Shown here piece by piece: positions 17,460 to 27,167 of a stretch of 64,000 nt of DNA (its first letter is position 1; every line of letters begins with the position of its first letter). The stretch is from Clostridia bacterium (lineage in GTDB: Bacteria > Bacillota > Clostridia > Oscillospirales > CAG-272): assembly GCA_017935065.1 (NCBI GenBank), contig JAGBIF010000019.1, positions 64,985 to 128,984 of the forward strand. The letters are read 5' to 3'. The translations under genes and the position numbers were made by a program. The notes beneath the pieces are model-generated. The model searched no databases, had not been told where the DNA came from, and saw only the letters and a program-made list of their open reading frames with translations.

Positions 17460-18644
17460 TTATTCGTCACCGCCCGGTGCATCGGGCTTATCAGGCGAGG
17501 TAACGCTCTCGGTTACGACGAGGTCGGTAGAAAGCACCTCGTTCATAGAAATCTTAGTGGTAACAACGTCCCATCTTGCCTCATCGTCCTGAACGAAGGA
17601 TTCCTTTCTTCTGTGAGGAAGCAGCTTATTGAGAAGCTTCTTGAAATTGTACTTCTCTCTGAAGGACTTGAGCGCGGGGGCGTTCTTATAAACTACCATC
17701 ACGATAAGGATAACCGCGTAGATAAGCGTCTTTACTGCCGCCATATCGCCCGTGAGGTATGCCTTAAGGTAGAAGTTAAGCACGGTAATTACGGTTGCCG
17801 CAACGATAGAGCCTGTGATAGAGCCCATACCGCCAAGGACTACCATAACGAGTATTTCGATAGAATAATTGTAGTCAAAGTTGGTGTAAAGCACGGGGGA
17901 TACGCTCGCGCCGTAGATTACGCCCGCAACACCCGCGAATACCGCGGAAATGATGAACGCGAGAAGCTTATAGAAGGTGACGTTAATTCCCGTCGCCTTA
18001 GATGCAATCTCGTTATCGCGGATTGCCGTTATTGCTCTTCCGTGCTTGGACCTTATAAGGTTCTGAATAACTATAAGCATAAGGAAGAGGCAAATAAATG
18101 TTGCGATAAATAGCGGGGGCGAGTTCTTATCCTGAAGATTTGCCGAATACACGTCCGAAACAAGTCCAGGCGCACCGCCGAAAATGGGAATGTTCTTGCA
18201 AAGGTTACGTATAATTTCACCGAAAGCAAGAGTTACGATAGCAAGGTAGTCGCCGCGAAGCCTGAGCGCGGGAAGTCCTACGATGAAGCCGAACACGCCT
18301 GCAAGAAGTCCGCCTACTACCATTGCGATAACAAGGGCGAGGAGCGTATTCATACCTGCCGCAAGCAAAAGATTTGCAACGTAGGTGCCGACGTACGCGC
18401 CGATGCACATAAAGCCCGCGTGACCGAGTGAAAGCTCACCGAGGAAGCCTACCACAAGGTTAAGCGATACCGCAAGAATAATGCTGTAGCCAACCTGGTT
18501 TAAGAGGGACGGAAGCGATCTGTTAAGCGCTCCCATATAGTAAAGCGAGGTGAAAAGCACGAAAACTACTGCCACTGCAATATAGTTGGTATAATGCTTC
18601 CACTTAAAGTCCTTTTTGATATTAAGTAAATATTCCTTAAGCAT
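17460..18644 (-). CDS. livM: Branched-chain amino acid ABC transporter permease with a C-terminal extension
   Basis: 394 aa, polytopic. The LivM-type core (GELSLGHAGFMCIGAY) is followed by a ~70-aa hydrophilic tail. Confidence 0.85.
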   Translation of the reverse strand: MLKEYLLNIKKDFKWKHYTNYIAVAVVFVLFTSLYYMGALNRSLPSLLNQVGYSIILAVSLNLVVGFLGELSLGHAGFMCIGAYVGTYVANLLLAAGMNTLLALVIAMVVGGLLAGVFGFIVGLPALRLRGDYLAIVTLAFGEIIRNLCKNIPIFGGAPGLVSDVYSANLQDKNSPPLFIATFICLFLMLIVIQNLIRSKHGRAITAIRDNEIASKATGINVTFYKLLAFIISAVFAGVAGVIYGASVSPVLYTNFDYNYSIEILVMVVLGGMGSITGSIVAATVITVLNFYLKAYLTGDMAAVKTLIYAVILIVMVVYKNAPALKSFREKYNFKKLLNKLLPHRRKESFVQDDEARWDVVTTKISMNEVLSTDLVVTESVTSPDKPDAPGGDE

Positions 18645-18656
18645 CTGTCACCCTCC

Positions 18657-19520
18657 TTAAACCTTTTCGTTTCTCTTCTTTCCGAGAAGTCCTGAGGGCT
18701 TAACGAGAAGAATGATGATAAGAAGGCTGAATTCTATCGCGGTGGTGTATGCCGAGAGGAAGGGTATGCTCTGAGTAATCTTCTCAACAAGACCGAGAAG
18801 CACACCGCCGAGCATAGCGCCAGGAAGTGAGCCGATACCGCCTATAACCGCTGCGGTAAACGCCTTGATACCGGGCATTGAGCCGAGGGTGGGATCGATT
18901 TTGGGTATCTGCATTACGTAGAATATACTTGCGCAAGCGGCAAGAGCCGAGCCGATAGCGAAGGTGATCGCGATTATGGCGTTTACGTTTACACCCATAA
19001 GCTGCGCGGCTCCTCTGTCCTCGGATACCGCAACCATGGCACGGCCTGTTCTCGTATACTTGACGAAAAGAGTAAGACCTACCATAAGTATGGATGCGAC
19101 GATAAGCGTGACTATGCTATATACGGGAATTCCGCCGATATTTCCAGGGATCTTGAAATCAACCGTTCTGGGTGTTACACCGAAGATAAGCTGTGCCATA
19201 CCCTGAAGAAGGTAGCTGACACCTATTGCCGTAATAAGAACGGCAAGCGGGGATGCGCCTCTGAGCGGTCTGTAGGCAGTACGCTCTACTACGATACCAA
19301 GGGCCGTACATACTGCGATAGAAACGATAATAGCGAGAATGACGGATATTACGGGTGCGTTTATCATCATTATGGAAAGTATCGCATAGGCACCTACCAT
19401 TATGATGTCACCGTGCGCAAAGTTAAGCATCTTAGCTATACCGTAAACCATAGTATAGCCGAGCGCGATAAGCGCGTATATTGCACCGAGGCTCAAGCCG
19501 TCAATAATAGTGTTTAACAT
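18657..19520 (-). CDS. livH: Branched-chain amino acid ABC transporter permease
   Basis: 287 aa, LivH-type (MLNFAHGDIIMVGAY). Confidence 0.88.
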   Translation of the reverse strand: MLNTIIDGLSLGAIYALIALGYTMVYGIAKMLNFAHGDIIMVGAYAILSIMMINAPVISVILAIIVSIAVCTALGIVVERTAYRPLRGASPLAVLITAIGVSYLLQGMAQLIFGVTPRTVDFKIPGNIGGIPVYSIVTLIVASILMVGLTLFVKYTRTGRAMVAVSEDRGAAQLMGVNVNAIIAITFAIGSALAACASIFYVMQIPKIDPTLGSMPGIKAFTAAVIGGIGSLPGAMLGGVLLGLVEKITQSIPFLSAYTTAIEFSLLIIILLVKPSGLLGKKRNEKV

Positions 19521-19599
19521 TATAAAATCCTTTCTTTGCCGAAAAATGCAAGCAAAGCATTACAATCTTTAGCATTTTCAGCATTTCCCTATAACGCAA

Positions 19600-19636
19600 G
19601 ATAGACTCGTGACGAGAACTCGCCACGAGATCTATC
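19600..19636 (-). promoter_or_regulatory. Intercistronic stem-loop between the binding-protein gene and livH
   Basis: Palindrome gatagaCTCGTG...CACGAGatctatc lies in the 133-nt gap and has no strong U-run. Such hairpins commonly uncouple SBP and permease mRNA levels. Confidence 0.45.
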
Positions 19637-19653
19637 GTTGTTATTAAAGATTA

Positions 19654-20772
19654 TTAGCCAAGAGTAACGATCTTGGGTGCCTTAGTGCACTTACCGTCCT
19701 CACCCCAGGTCATATCGTTACCGGTAAGACCGTCGTAAGAGAAGTCAGCTGCAGTGATAGCTTCGAAGAGCTTGTCACCGATAACTTCAGCGGTGAGAGT
19801 GTAGTCGGTAACGCCTGCCTTCTCAAGTGCAGCTGCAAGAACCATTACAACGTCATAAGCGTCTGCCGCGAACTGGTCGGGGGTCTTGCCGTACTCTGCC
19901 TTGTATGCATCAACGAATGCTTTTACGTTAGCCTCGGTGCTTGCTGCATCAAAGGGAGTGATGTACTTGATGGTGTTTTCAACATCTGCAACGAGCTCAG
20001 CAATACCGTCAAAGCCGTCGCATCCGAAGAATACCGCATCAGAGCTCTTCTCTACTGCCTTCTTAATGAAGAGAGAAGCCTCGGTGTAGTAGAAGGGCAT
20101 AAAGATGATGTCGCAGTCCTTAAGTGCCTCTGCCTGAGTAGAGAAGTCTACCTTGTTCTCTGCGTCGAACTTCTGCTCGTTGTACTCAATGCCAAGATCA
20201 GCCATCTTTGTCTTGAATGCCTCGTAGATACCCGAGGAATAGGAATCGCTGGCATCATAGATAGCACCAACCTTAGCGAAGTTGCCTGCCTTGATCTCCT
20301 CTGCAGCAAGTGCGCCCTGGTCGGGGTCACCGAAGCAAAGTCTGAAGGAATACTTAAGACCTGTGATAACGGGATCAGCAGAGCCCGAGGGGGTCATGCA
20401 GAAGAGCTTGTCAGCGTTTGCCTTCTTTGCGAAAGCCTCGCCTGAGCCAGAGGTAACGCCACCGAGAGAAAGCTGCATACCAGCATCTGCGAGTGTATCG
20501 TAGTTAGTACCTGCGTCCTCAGCGCCAGCCTTGTCGTCAAGGATCTGGAACGAGAACTGTACGCCACCCTTTTCGTTGAGGTGCTTAACAGCGAGCTGAG
20601 CGCCCTGCTTTACGGAAGTACCGTAGGATGCAGCCTCACCCGTAAGAGGACCGGTTGCACCGATCTTGAAGGTGTCTGCCTTAAATCCGTCGCCGCCACA
20701 TGCGGTAAGGCAAGGTACAAGCATGCAAACAGCAAGCACCAAGCAGAAAATCTTTGCGAGAGTCTTTTTCAT
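19654..20772 (-). CDS. livJ: Leu/Ile/Val-type substrate-binding lipoprotein
   Basis: Start MKKTLAKIFCLVLAVCMLVPCLTAC carries the lipobox LTAC. FKIGATGPLTGEAASYGTSVKQGAQLAV is the type I PBP LivJ/K pattern. Confidence 0.85.
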   Translation of the reverse strand: MKKTLAKIFCLVLAVCMLVPCLTACGGDGFKADTFKIGATGPLTGEAASYGTSVKQGAQLAVKHLNEKGGVQFSFQILDDKAGAEDAGTNYDTLADAGMQLSLGGVTSGSGEAFAKKANADKLFCMTPSGSADPVITGLKYSFRLCFGDPDQGALAAEEIKAGNFAKVGAIYDASDSYSSGIYEAFKTKMADLGIEYNEQKFDAENKVDFSTQAEALKDCDIIFMPFYYTEASLFIKKAVEKSSDAVFFGCDGFDGIAELVADVENTIKYITPFDAASTEANVKAFVDAYKAEYGKTPDQFAADAYDVVMVLAAALEKAGVTDYTLTAEVIGDKLFEAITAADFSYDGLTGNDMTWGEDGKCTKAPKIVTLG

Positions 20773-20844
20773 TTTTATTCTCCTTTTGCCCTGAGGCATA
20801 TTAATTTTCCCGGGGATTTTTCTTTTCTCCCGAGGTATGGGTAT

Positions 20845-20873
20845 ATTATAATCTCTTTTGTCCTTATTGTCAA
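20845..20873 (-). promoter_or_regulatory. Consensus sigma-A promoter of the liv operon
   Basis: The minus strand reads TTGACA-ataaggacaaaagagat(17)-TATAAT, ~70 nt upstream of the livJ start. Confidence 0.7.
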
Positions 20874-21244
20874 TACATTTGGGTATGAAAGTTTCTCATA
20901 CCCATAAGGTATTTTTGCACATATTTATGATTTTTGCTATCCCTATTAAGACTACCGTCCGCTCTATTGTGCAACTTGTACAAACGGTCGGCATTCGCGC
21001 ACGGATTAAGCGAAAAAATATTTTAAAAAAATGCTAAAAAACGCAAATTTTCATATAACCTTTAACAAATTTCTATTGATTTTTCAGCCTTCCCTTACAT
21101 TTTTTCATCACTCCCCCGCCCTTTTTCTTCCTTTTTATTATATATAGGTTTTTTATATAAGCGACAGAGTATTATATATGCTAATTCAAGCTTCGGCGTG
21201 TGAATATACAGCACAAATACGGTATAAAAAATGCCTACCGACAG

Positions 21245-21280
21245 AAAAAGGACAGAGAATGTGAAAAACACTCTCTGTCC
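21245..21280 (-). terminator. Rho-independent terminator ending the carbohydrate-ABC-like locus
   Basis: Stem ggacagaga / tctctgtcc; on the minus strand it is followed by tttttct. Confidence 0.7.
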
Positions 21281-21338
21281 CCTTTGTCCTGTAGGCACTG
21301 CGTCCAAGGACGCAAATGCGATTGGTGAATTTGTCCGA

Positions 21339-22391
21339 TTATCCGACGATACCCGAACGCTCGATACCCTGAACGAGGTATCTCTGGCAGAAAAGGTACA
21401 TTATTACCAGAGGTAATATGATAAGAATTCCTGCCGTGTTCTGAATAACGTTAGAATAAATATCCCATCCTGCCAAAGCGCTGTACTGCTCAAGCGTGTC
21501 GGGAATGTTTCTATAGATGTCAGGCATCATATAGAACTTCTCTATGTCGTCAATCCAGAAGAGCGAGGTATAGAACTGGTCGGTCCACTGCCACGAGAAT
21601 GAGAACAGGAATATTGTAATCATCATCGGAATAGACAGCGGAAGAATAATCTGGAAGAAGGTGCGGTAAACACCCGAGCCGTCAACGTACGCCGACTCCT
21701 CAAGCTCATCGGGAACGCCCTTGAAGAACTGTCTCATAAGGTAGATATAAAGACCGTTCTTAAACGCGAGTCCGCAAAGCGATATGAGGAACAGCGGCCA
21801 GAAGGAATCGGTAAGCTCAAGCGTCGAGCCAAAGATAAGCTCAATGATACCCTTCATATTCCACGACTGAACCGTAAGAAGGTCGAAGCGAGTAAAATGC
21901 TGAGTAAAGGCGAGCTGAAGCGTCTTGTGAGGAATAATCATGCTGAATACGACGGCACCCATTATAAGAGTGTTGCCCTTAAACTTGAACTTTGCAAGTC
22001 CGTAGCCGATAAGGCAGGCAACGAGCGTCTGTATCAGCGCGCACATAAGAGCTACGAGCGCGGTGTGCCAAAGAGCCTCAAAGTAATGATTCTCTATAAT
22101 AATGTACTTATAGGTATCAAGCGTGAAGTTCTTGGGAATGAGCGAAACCGTCGCGTCAAGCACGTCCTCTCTCGTCATAAACGAGCCCGCTATTCTTGCG
22201 AAGAAGGGATAAAGTATAACGTACGATACACCGAGCATAAGAATAAATCTGAAGATATTTACGATAACCTTGATCCAGGTGTTGAAGGTCTTGACCTTGC
22301 TGAGAAGTCTTTCCTTTAAGCTGATCTTGCCCTCGTAATCAACTCGGATCCTATTCTTGCTTTCTTTAATTACAGGTCTGTTTGCATCCAT
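21339..22391 (-). CDS. Carbohydrate ABC transporter permease (MalG-like) with a long N-terminal extension
   Basis: The start at MDANRPV follows the RBS aagggggg. EAA loop ESAYVDGSGVYRTFFQIILPLSIP. 350 aa. Confidence 0.8.
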   Translation of the reverse strand: MDANRPVIKESKNRIRVDYEGKISLKERLLSKVKTFNTWIKVIVNIFRFILMLGVSYVILYPFFARIAGSFMTREDVLDATVSLIPKNFTLDTYKYIIIENHYFEALWHTALVALMCALIQTLVACLIGYGLAKFKFKGNTLIMGAVVFSMIIPHKTLQLAFTQHFTRFDLLTVQSWNMKGIIELIFGSTLELTDSFWPLFLISLCGLAFKNGLYIYLMRQFFKGVPDELEESAYVDGSGVYRTFFQIILPLSIPMMITIFLFSFSWQWTDQFYTSLFWIDDIEKFYMMPDIYRNIPDTLEQYSALAGWDIYSNVIQNTAGILIILPLVIMYLFCQRYLVQGIERSGIVG

Positions 22392-22404
22392 ACTGTCACC
22401 CCCC

Positions 22405-23466
22405 TTAATCCTTTCTCTGGTAGAAGATGAACGTGGATACAATACCCGCAACCGCCGCTATAATAAGTATAATGACGATGAAGTATATCCAGTACATCGC
22501 AGTAGCATAGTAAGGTCTGTTGGTATATACGCCCTGAATGAATTTCATCGTTACATTCTCGGTTCTCGTAAAGGCGTCTATGACCGTGTAAACCGCGTTA
22601 ACCAAAATCATCGGGGATATCATCGGGAAGGTAATCTTCCAGAAGGTCTCCCATCCCGTTGCGCCCTCAATCTGGCACGCCTCGTAAATTGCGGGCGATA
22701 TCGACTGAAGACCTGCGAGGAATATAAGCATCTGTACACCCGAATAGTTGATGATGTTATAGACGTTATTAACAAGCTCAACAACGTATGTAACAAGCTC
22801 GCCGCCGATTTCCATCGTAGCAAACAGTCTCTCAATATCAAGCGTTGATACTATTCCCGCGCCTGCACTTGAGCCTGTACCGTCGTTAATACCACCTCCT
22901 GATGAGCTGGTAACCGCGTCTTGCGCATTGATAGACTCCATAAGTCCCGTAGCAATAATAACGGGAACGAAGAATATCGCACGGAATACGGCACGGCCAA
23001 GCATCTTCTGGTTCAGGACTACCGCGATAAAGAGTGAGAATACTATTACCGCGGGAACCTCGAATATAAGCTGCTGAATACCCTCAAACAGGCTCACGAC
23101 GAAGCCCTTGGAGTCGGTAAACGCGCTTATATAGTGCTTAAAGTTGTTCCACTCGATCCAGGAAACCGCGTTTCCGTTTTCATAGCCCTGCTTAAGGTCA
23201 CCGAGTGAAAACCAAATAGAGTCAAGAAGTATCGGAATATAAATAAGTATTACACCGAGAATAAAGGGCAAGGTAAAGACATAGCCTGCGCGCGCACGCT
23301 TGGAATCAAGCGAAACTCTCTTGCGCTTGGTCCTTAGCAGGCCCGTCTTGGAATCTATTACCGCCGCATCATTCAGGTCGGCGGGCGTAACATACGCCTC
23401 GCCTGCCTGGGTGTCAGCTACCGCCTCGGAATTATCTTCCGCAGCAGTCAAAATCTTTTCATCCAT
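22405..23466 (-). CDS. Carbohydrate ABC transporter permease (MalF-like) with an acidic N-terminal extension and a Gly/Ser-rich loop
   Basis: 353 aa. EAA loop EACQIEGATGWETFWKITFPMISP and loop SSSGGGINDGTGSSAGAG. Confidence 0.8.
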   Translation of the reverse strand: MDEKILTAAEDNSEAVADTQAGEAYVTPADLNDAAVIDSKTGLLRTKRKRVSLDSKRARAGYVFTLPFILGVILIYIPILLDSIWFSLGDLKQGYENGNAVSWIEWNNFKHYISAFTDSKGFVVSLFEGIQQLIFEVPAVIVFSLFIAVVLNQKMLGRAVFRAIFFVPVIIATGLMESINAQDAVTSSSGGGINDGTGSSAGAGIVSTLDIERLFATMEIGGELVTYVVELVNNVYNIINYSGVQMLIFLAGLQSISPAIYEACQIEGATGWETFWKITFPMISPMILVNAVYTVIDAFTRTENVTMKFIQGVYTNRPYYATAMYWIYFIVIILIIAAVAGIVSTFIFYQRKD

Positions 23467-23486
23467 TTTGTGCTTTACCTCCTTTA

Positions 23487-26400
23487 TCAGTCAAGTCTGA
23501 CACAGCCGTACTTTTCCAGCGTGTAGACGTTACCGTCACCGAGATTTACGTTAACCGAATAGATATTGTAGTTAAGAATAAATCTTACGGTATCGGTGCC
23601 ATTGGAATAGGTAACCAGAACGATATTGTTGATATCGCTGGTATAATCGGTATGCTCGTAGTTCTCGTCGGTGCCGAGCGAGTCGGTGATGTAGTTGTAC
23701 TTTGAGGTGTACTCTATCGTGCCGAAGCTGATAACACCGTCGGGATTCGGGCTTGCGGGTGCGGGATACTCAGCACGGTACTTATCGTAAACCGCGTTGA
23801 TTGCAGCGACGAACGAGGTATCGTTGTCAAGCTCCTCACGGCTCTTGTTAAGCACGGAGGTAAGCTGATTCATAAGAGCATCGGTGTCAAACACGAAGCT
23901 AATCTCGATACCGGGTGCCGCGCCGCCTGCCTGAAGGGCTGCAAACTTATCGCTTATAGCCTTGGCAATCTGTGCGTCGAGAAGCTCTACTATCTCATCC
24001 TTAAGCGCTATATAGTTTGCGGCGGTCTCGCCAGCGTCAATCACACGCTCGCCTATTACGAGTCTGTGGTCTACGATCTTGTAGTCCTGAAGGTCGCCGA
24101 TATAGCTATTAAGAAGATTATAGGTCTCAATGATGCTGTCATACCAGGTATTGTAGTCTACTCCGTAGTACTCGGAAAGAAGATGATCGTCCTTAAGGTA
24201 TGCCGAGTTCTGCGCGCAAAGCACGTAGTAGGGATTTGCACCGCTTTCAACAGAGCGAAGAATATCGTACATAGGAGTACCCGAGTAGTTGAGAGGAGTA
24301 CCCGCGTAGCTCTTGCTGCCGTGAAGCACCATTCCTACGAAGGGAACGGGATATGAGGAATATCTGTAATGGCTCGAATCAATGGCAGCGTCAAGAATGT
24401 GGCTTGCATACTTAAGCGTGTAAGCATTACCCTTGTCTACCATAATGTCAAGTCCCGCCTCGTTCTTCATCTTATTAAGAACTGATACGACGTACGCCTC
24501 GGAATCGGTACGGTTTACAGGCTCATCCTCGTCAAAGTTAGAGTTAAGGTCAGAGCCCATGGTCGATACGGATATACCGCTCGCCTCAAACTTAGAATAC
24601 TTCTTCTGGAATTTGGTGTAAATATCGTCAAGTGAAACAGAGTTTACAACGAGCGAATAATAGGTCACGTAATCCTGAAGCACCGAGTTGTATACCTGCT
24701 TGGATGCGTAACGGTTATCAACCATTCGGGATACGTTTCCGCGTATGGAAATACCGTCGAACATCTCGGTATTGTTGATATACATAAAGTCAAAGTCGGG
24801 ATATACGCCAAAGCTTGTGCCTGCCGTCTGTGAAATCTTCTTTGCTTCCTCGACGAGCTTCTTGAACTCGCGCTTGCCGCCGCATGCCTTTTCCCATCTT
24901 ACCTTGGTAGGATAGGTGAAGTACATACCGCCGTTTGAGAAGCCGCTGAGACGGAAGTTGATATTGGTAATCTTTTCCGCCGTAGCCGCAAGAGCTCTAT
25001 AATTCTCTGCAGTCTGAGCATAGGTTTCCTTAAGAGAATCCTCGTTTGCCTCCTCGGAAAGCTTATCGTACTCCTCCGCCTTCTTTAAGAAGGTAGACGC
25101 ATTATCGGATATCTCGTTATACATTCTGAGTATATCCTCAAAGGTCGTAAGCGGAATAGTCTGCGTTACGGGGAACGAAAGGATCTTAGTGGTGATATCC
25201 ATTGCGCCGAGCGCCTCTATATAAAGAGGAATATCATCGCTTACCTGTTCAAGCGCGGTAAGAACGCCTGTACCGTAGAGGTAATCGCGATAGCACGCTG
25301 CCATTCCCACGTAGGAGGAGAGGTAGCAGCCGCCCTCGGGATATGCGGTGGAAGCTATCTTCTCATCCGCGAGCATCGTAATTCTGGTTACGTAGGACTC
25401 GTTGTATCTTGAATCGGATACGATGGTATAGCTGTTCTGCGAGCCAACCGACGCACCCGCAGTCTCGGTAAGGTCAAAGATATCCGAGGGGTACGGGGAG
25501 AAGAGGCTGTATGCGTTTGCGTACTTATAGGCACCGCCGCCGCCGACGAACTCAAGATATGCAAGCGACGCACCCTCCTCGAGGATGGCGAAGTAGCCGT
25601 TCTTAACCGTATCTACTCCGTAGAGTGACTTGGTAAGCGGGTTTGCGGCGGTATCGGCGACCACACCGTATACGGGCATCGTGATCTGCGCGCGGTATGC
25701 CTGGGTTGAAATAAGGTTAGAGTAGCAGTAATCAAGTCCGTAGATGGACACCTTGGGCATCTTGATCTGCATCGACTTGAATTCCTCGAATTCGACAACG
25801 GTTCCGCTTCCGTCAGGGAAGAAGATGTATCCGTCGTTATCAAGGTAGCCTGCTCCGAAGAACTGAATGGGTACGATTGAGAGAAGCGTGTAAACCGTCT
25901 CGTCAAAGGAAATCGAGCTTGCGGGAAGTCTTACCGAAAGAGTTCCGTCCGCGTTCAAGCTATACTCAAGAGCGCATCTGAATACGGGCTTTTGCTCGGT
26001 CTTGCTTACATATCCGCACTCCTTCTCATGCTCAAGCATCATTGAGAAGGTATAAGTGGGACAGTATCTCTGGAACATAATCGAGTCGACTCTCATCTCA
26101 CTCGTCGAAACTCCGTCATATACGTACATAGGTGCGTGATAGAGCTCCGAATCCTCGTCATAAATCTCGAGCTTCTCATCACCAACGGGGGTGTAGAAGT
26201 CCTTGATAATTCCGAGATATGCGTTTGAATCGGTTCTGTCGGTTTCCTCGTATACTCTGGGATTCTTAAGCGCGTACGCGGTAACCATACTCATTATATC
26301 GTTACGGAGAGTGTGTATAGCCTTGTACTCGGGCGAGTTACGGTCGGTCAGAAGCTTCTGATATTCCGACTGCATTGCCTGAAGGTACCTGGAGATAATG

Positions 26401-27143
26401 CCGCTGTCAAGGCATCCGTAGGAATAGGGCTTATACTTATCGTTATCAAAGATAGAGAAGTTAAAGCTTGAGTTGAGAGGTCCGCAGTACTGGTTAAGCA
26501 ATGCTTCGATATCGTTAAGCATAGGAACGAGGATAAGCGCCTCGTAGTCCTCCGCGAGAATTCTACCGGGAAGCAGGAACCTTGAGGTCGTATCACCGAG
26601 GGTGTAGCTTACTCTGATTCCGCCGTTGATGAAGCTCGTGGATATCTGAGCACGGTCTGCCGCCCACTCGTTCGAGTTAAGCGACGGCTCCTCGTAGTTG
26701 GTCGAGTTGAGCAGATAATTGATATTAATCTGGCTCATAAGCAGACGTCTGTTGTCTATCGAAACCGTCGAGGTAGAGTTAACGTTGTAGGGATTAGAGG
26801 TAAGTATCTGTCCCGTTACGTTGTTCACGTAATACATAATACCGTTGTATCGGTTTACGTATATTGAATACCTGCCGTCGGGAGCGTGTACCGAATCAAG
26901 GTATCCGTCGGACAAATCTCCGTCTCCGTTGGGGTCAAGCTCGTACAGGAGCATTTCCTCAGCGGAGGAGAAGTTGTAATCAAGAGTTTTCGTCGAAATT
27001 TCCTTAATCTGTTCAGCGCTCAGCGCCGCGGTCGAGGCATTTAACTCGTAGGCTGCGTTTGCGGAGGTAGGAACAACCGCTATAAGCGTGGTGAAAAGCA
27101 TCACCAGCACCAGCGCAGACGATAAAAGCTTTTTAATTTTCAT
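23487..27143 (-). CDS. Large secreted protein of unknown function (resembles my recollection of DUF5696-type proteins)
   Basis: 1218 aa with signal peptide MKIKKLLSSALVLVMLFTTLIAVVPTSANA. Motifs GYIFFPDGSGTVVEF, RLSGFSNGGMYF and VPFVGMVLHGSKSYAGTPLNY. No catalytic family was recognised. Confidence 0.6.
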   Translation of the reverse strand: MKIKKLLSSALVLVMLFTTLIAVVPTSANAAYELNASTAALSAEQIKEISTKTLDYNFSSAEEMLLYELDPNGDGDLSDGYLDSVHAPDGRYSIYVNRYNGIMYYVNNVTGQILTSNPYNVNSTSTVSIDNRRLLMSQININYLLNSTNYEEPSLNSNEWAADRAQISTSFINGGIRVSYTLGDTTSRFLLPGRILAEDYEALILVPMLNDIEALLNQYCGPLNSSFNFSIFDNDKYKPYSYGCLDSGIISRYLQAMQSEYQKLLTDRNSPEYKAIHTLRNDIMSMVTAYALKNPRVYEETDRTDSNAYLGIIKDFYTPVGDEKLEIYDEDSELYHAPMYVYDGVSTSEMRVDSIMFQRYCPTYTFSMMLEHEKECGYVSKTEQKPVFRCALEYSLNADGTLSVRLPASSISFDETVYTLLSIVPIQFFGAGYLDNDGYIFFPDGSGTVVEFEEFKSMQIKMPKVSIYGLDYCYSNLISTQAYRAQITMPVYGVVADTAANPLTKSLYGVDTVKNGYFAILEEGASLAYLEFVGGGGAYKYANAYSLFSPYPSDIFDLTETAGASVGSQNSYTIVSDSRYNESYVTRITMLADEKIASTAYPEGGCYLSSYVGMAACYRDYLYGTGVLTALEQVSDDIPLYIEALGAMDITTKILSFPVTQTIPLTTFEDILRMYNEISDNASTFLKKAEEYDKLSEEANEDSLKETYAQTAENYRALAATAEKITNINFRLSGFSNGGMYFTYPTKVRWEKACGGKREFKKLVEEAKKISQTAGTSFGVYPDFDFMYINNTEMFDGISIRGNVSRMVDNRYASKQVYNSVLQDYVTYYSLVVNSVSLDDIYTKFQKKYSKFEASGISVSTMGSDLNSNFDEDEPVNRTDSEAYVVSVLNKMKNEAGLDIMVDKGNAYTLKYASHILDAAIDSSHYRYSSYPVPFVGMVLHGSKSYAGTPLNYSGTPMYDILRSVESGANPYYVLCAQNSAYLKDDHLLSEYYGVDYNTWYDSIIETYNLLNSYIGDLQDYKIVDHRLVIGERVIDAGETAANYIALKDEIVELLDAQIAKAISDKFAALQAGGAAPGIEISFVFDTDALMNQLTSVLNKSREELDNDTSFVAAINAVYDKYRAEYPAPASPNPDGVISFGTIEYTSKYNYITDSLGTDENYEHTDYTSDINNIVLVTYSNGTDTVRFILNYNIYSVNVNLGDGNVYTLEKYGCVRLD

Positions 27144-27167
27144 TATTTAATTTCCTCCTCTGCACTG

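Noticed and set aside
21095-21307. 70-aa ORF (minus strand) downstream of the carbohydrate-ABC locus
   Set aside because: It overlaps the terminator hairpin and AT-rich spacer, has no RBS, and is probably non-coding.
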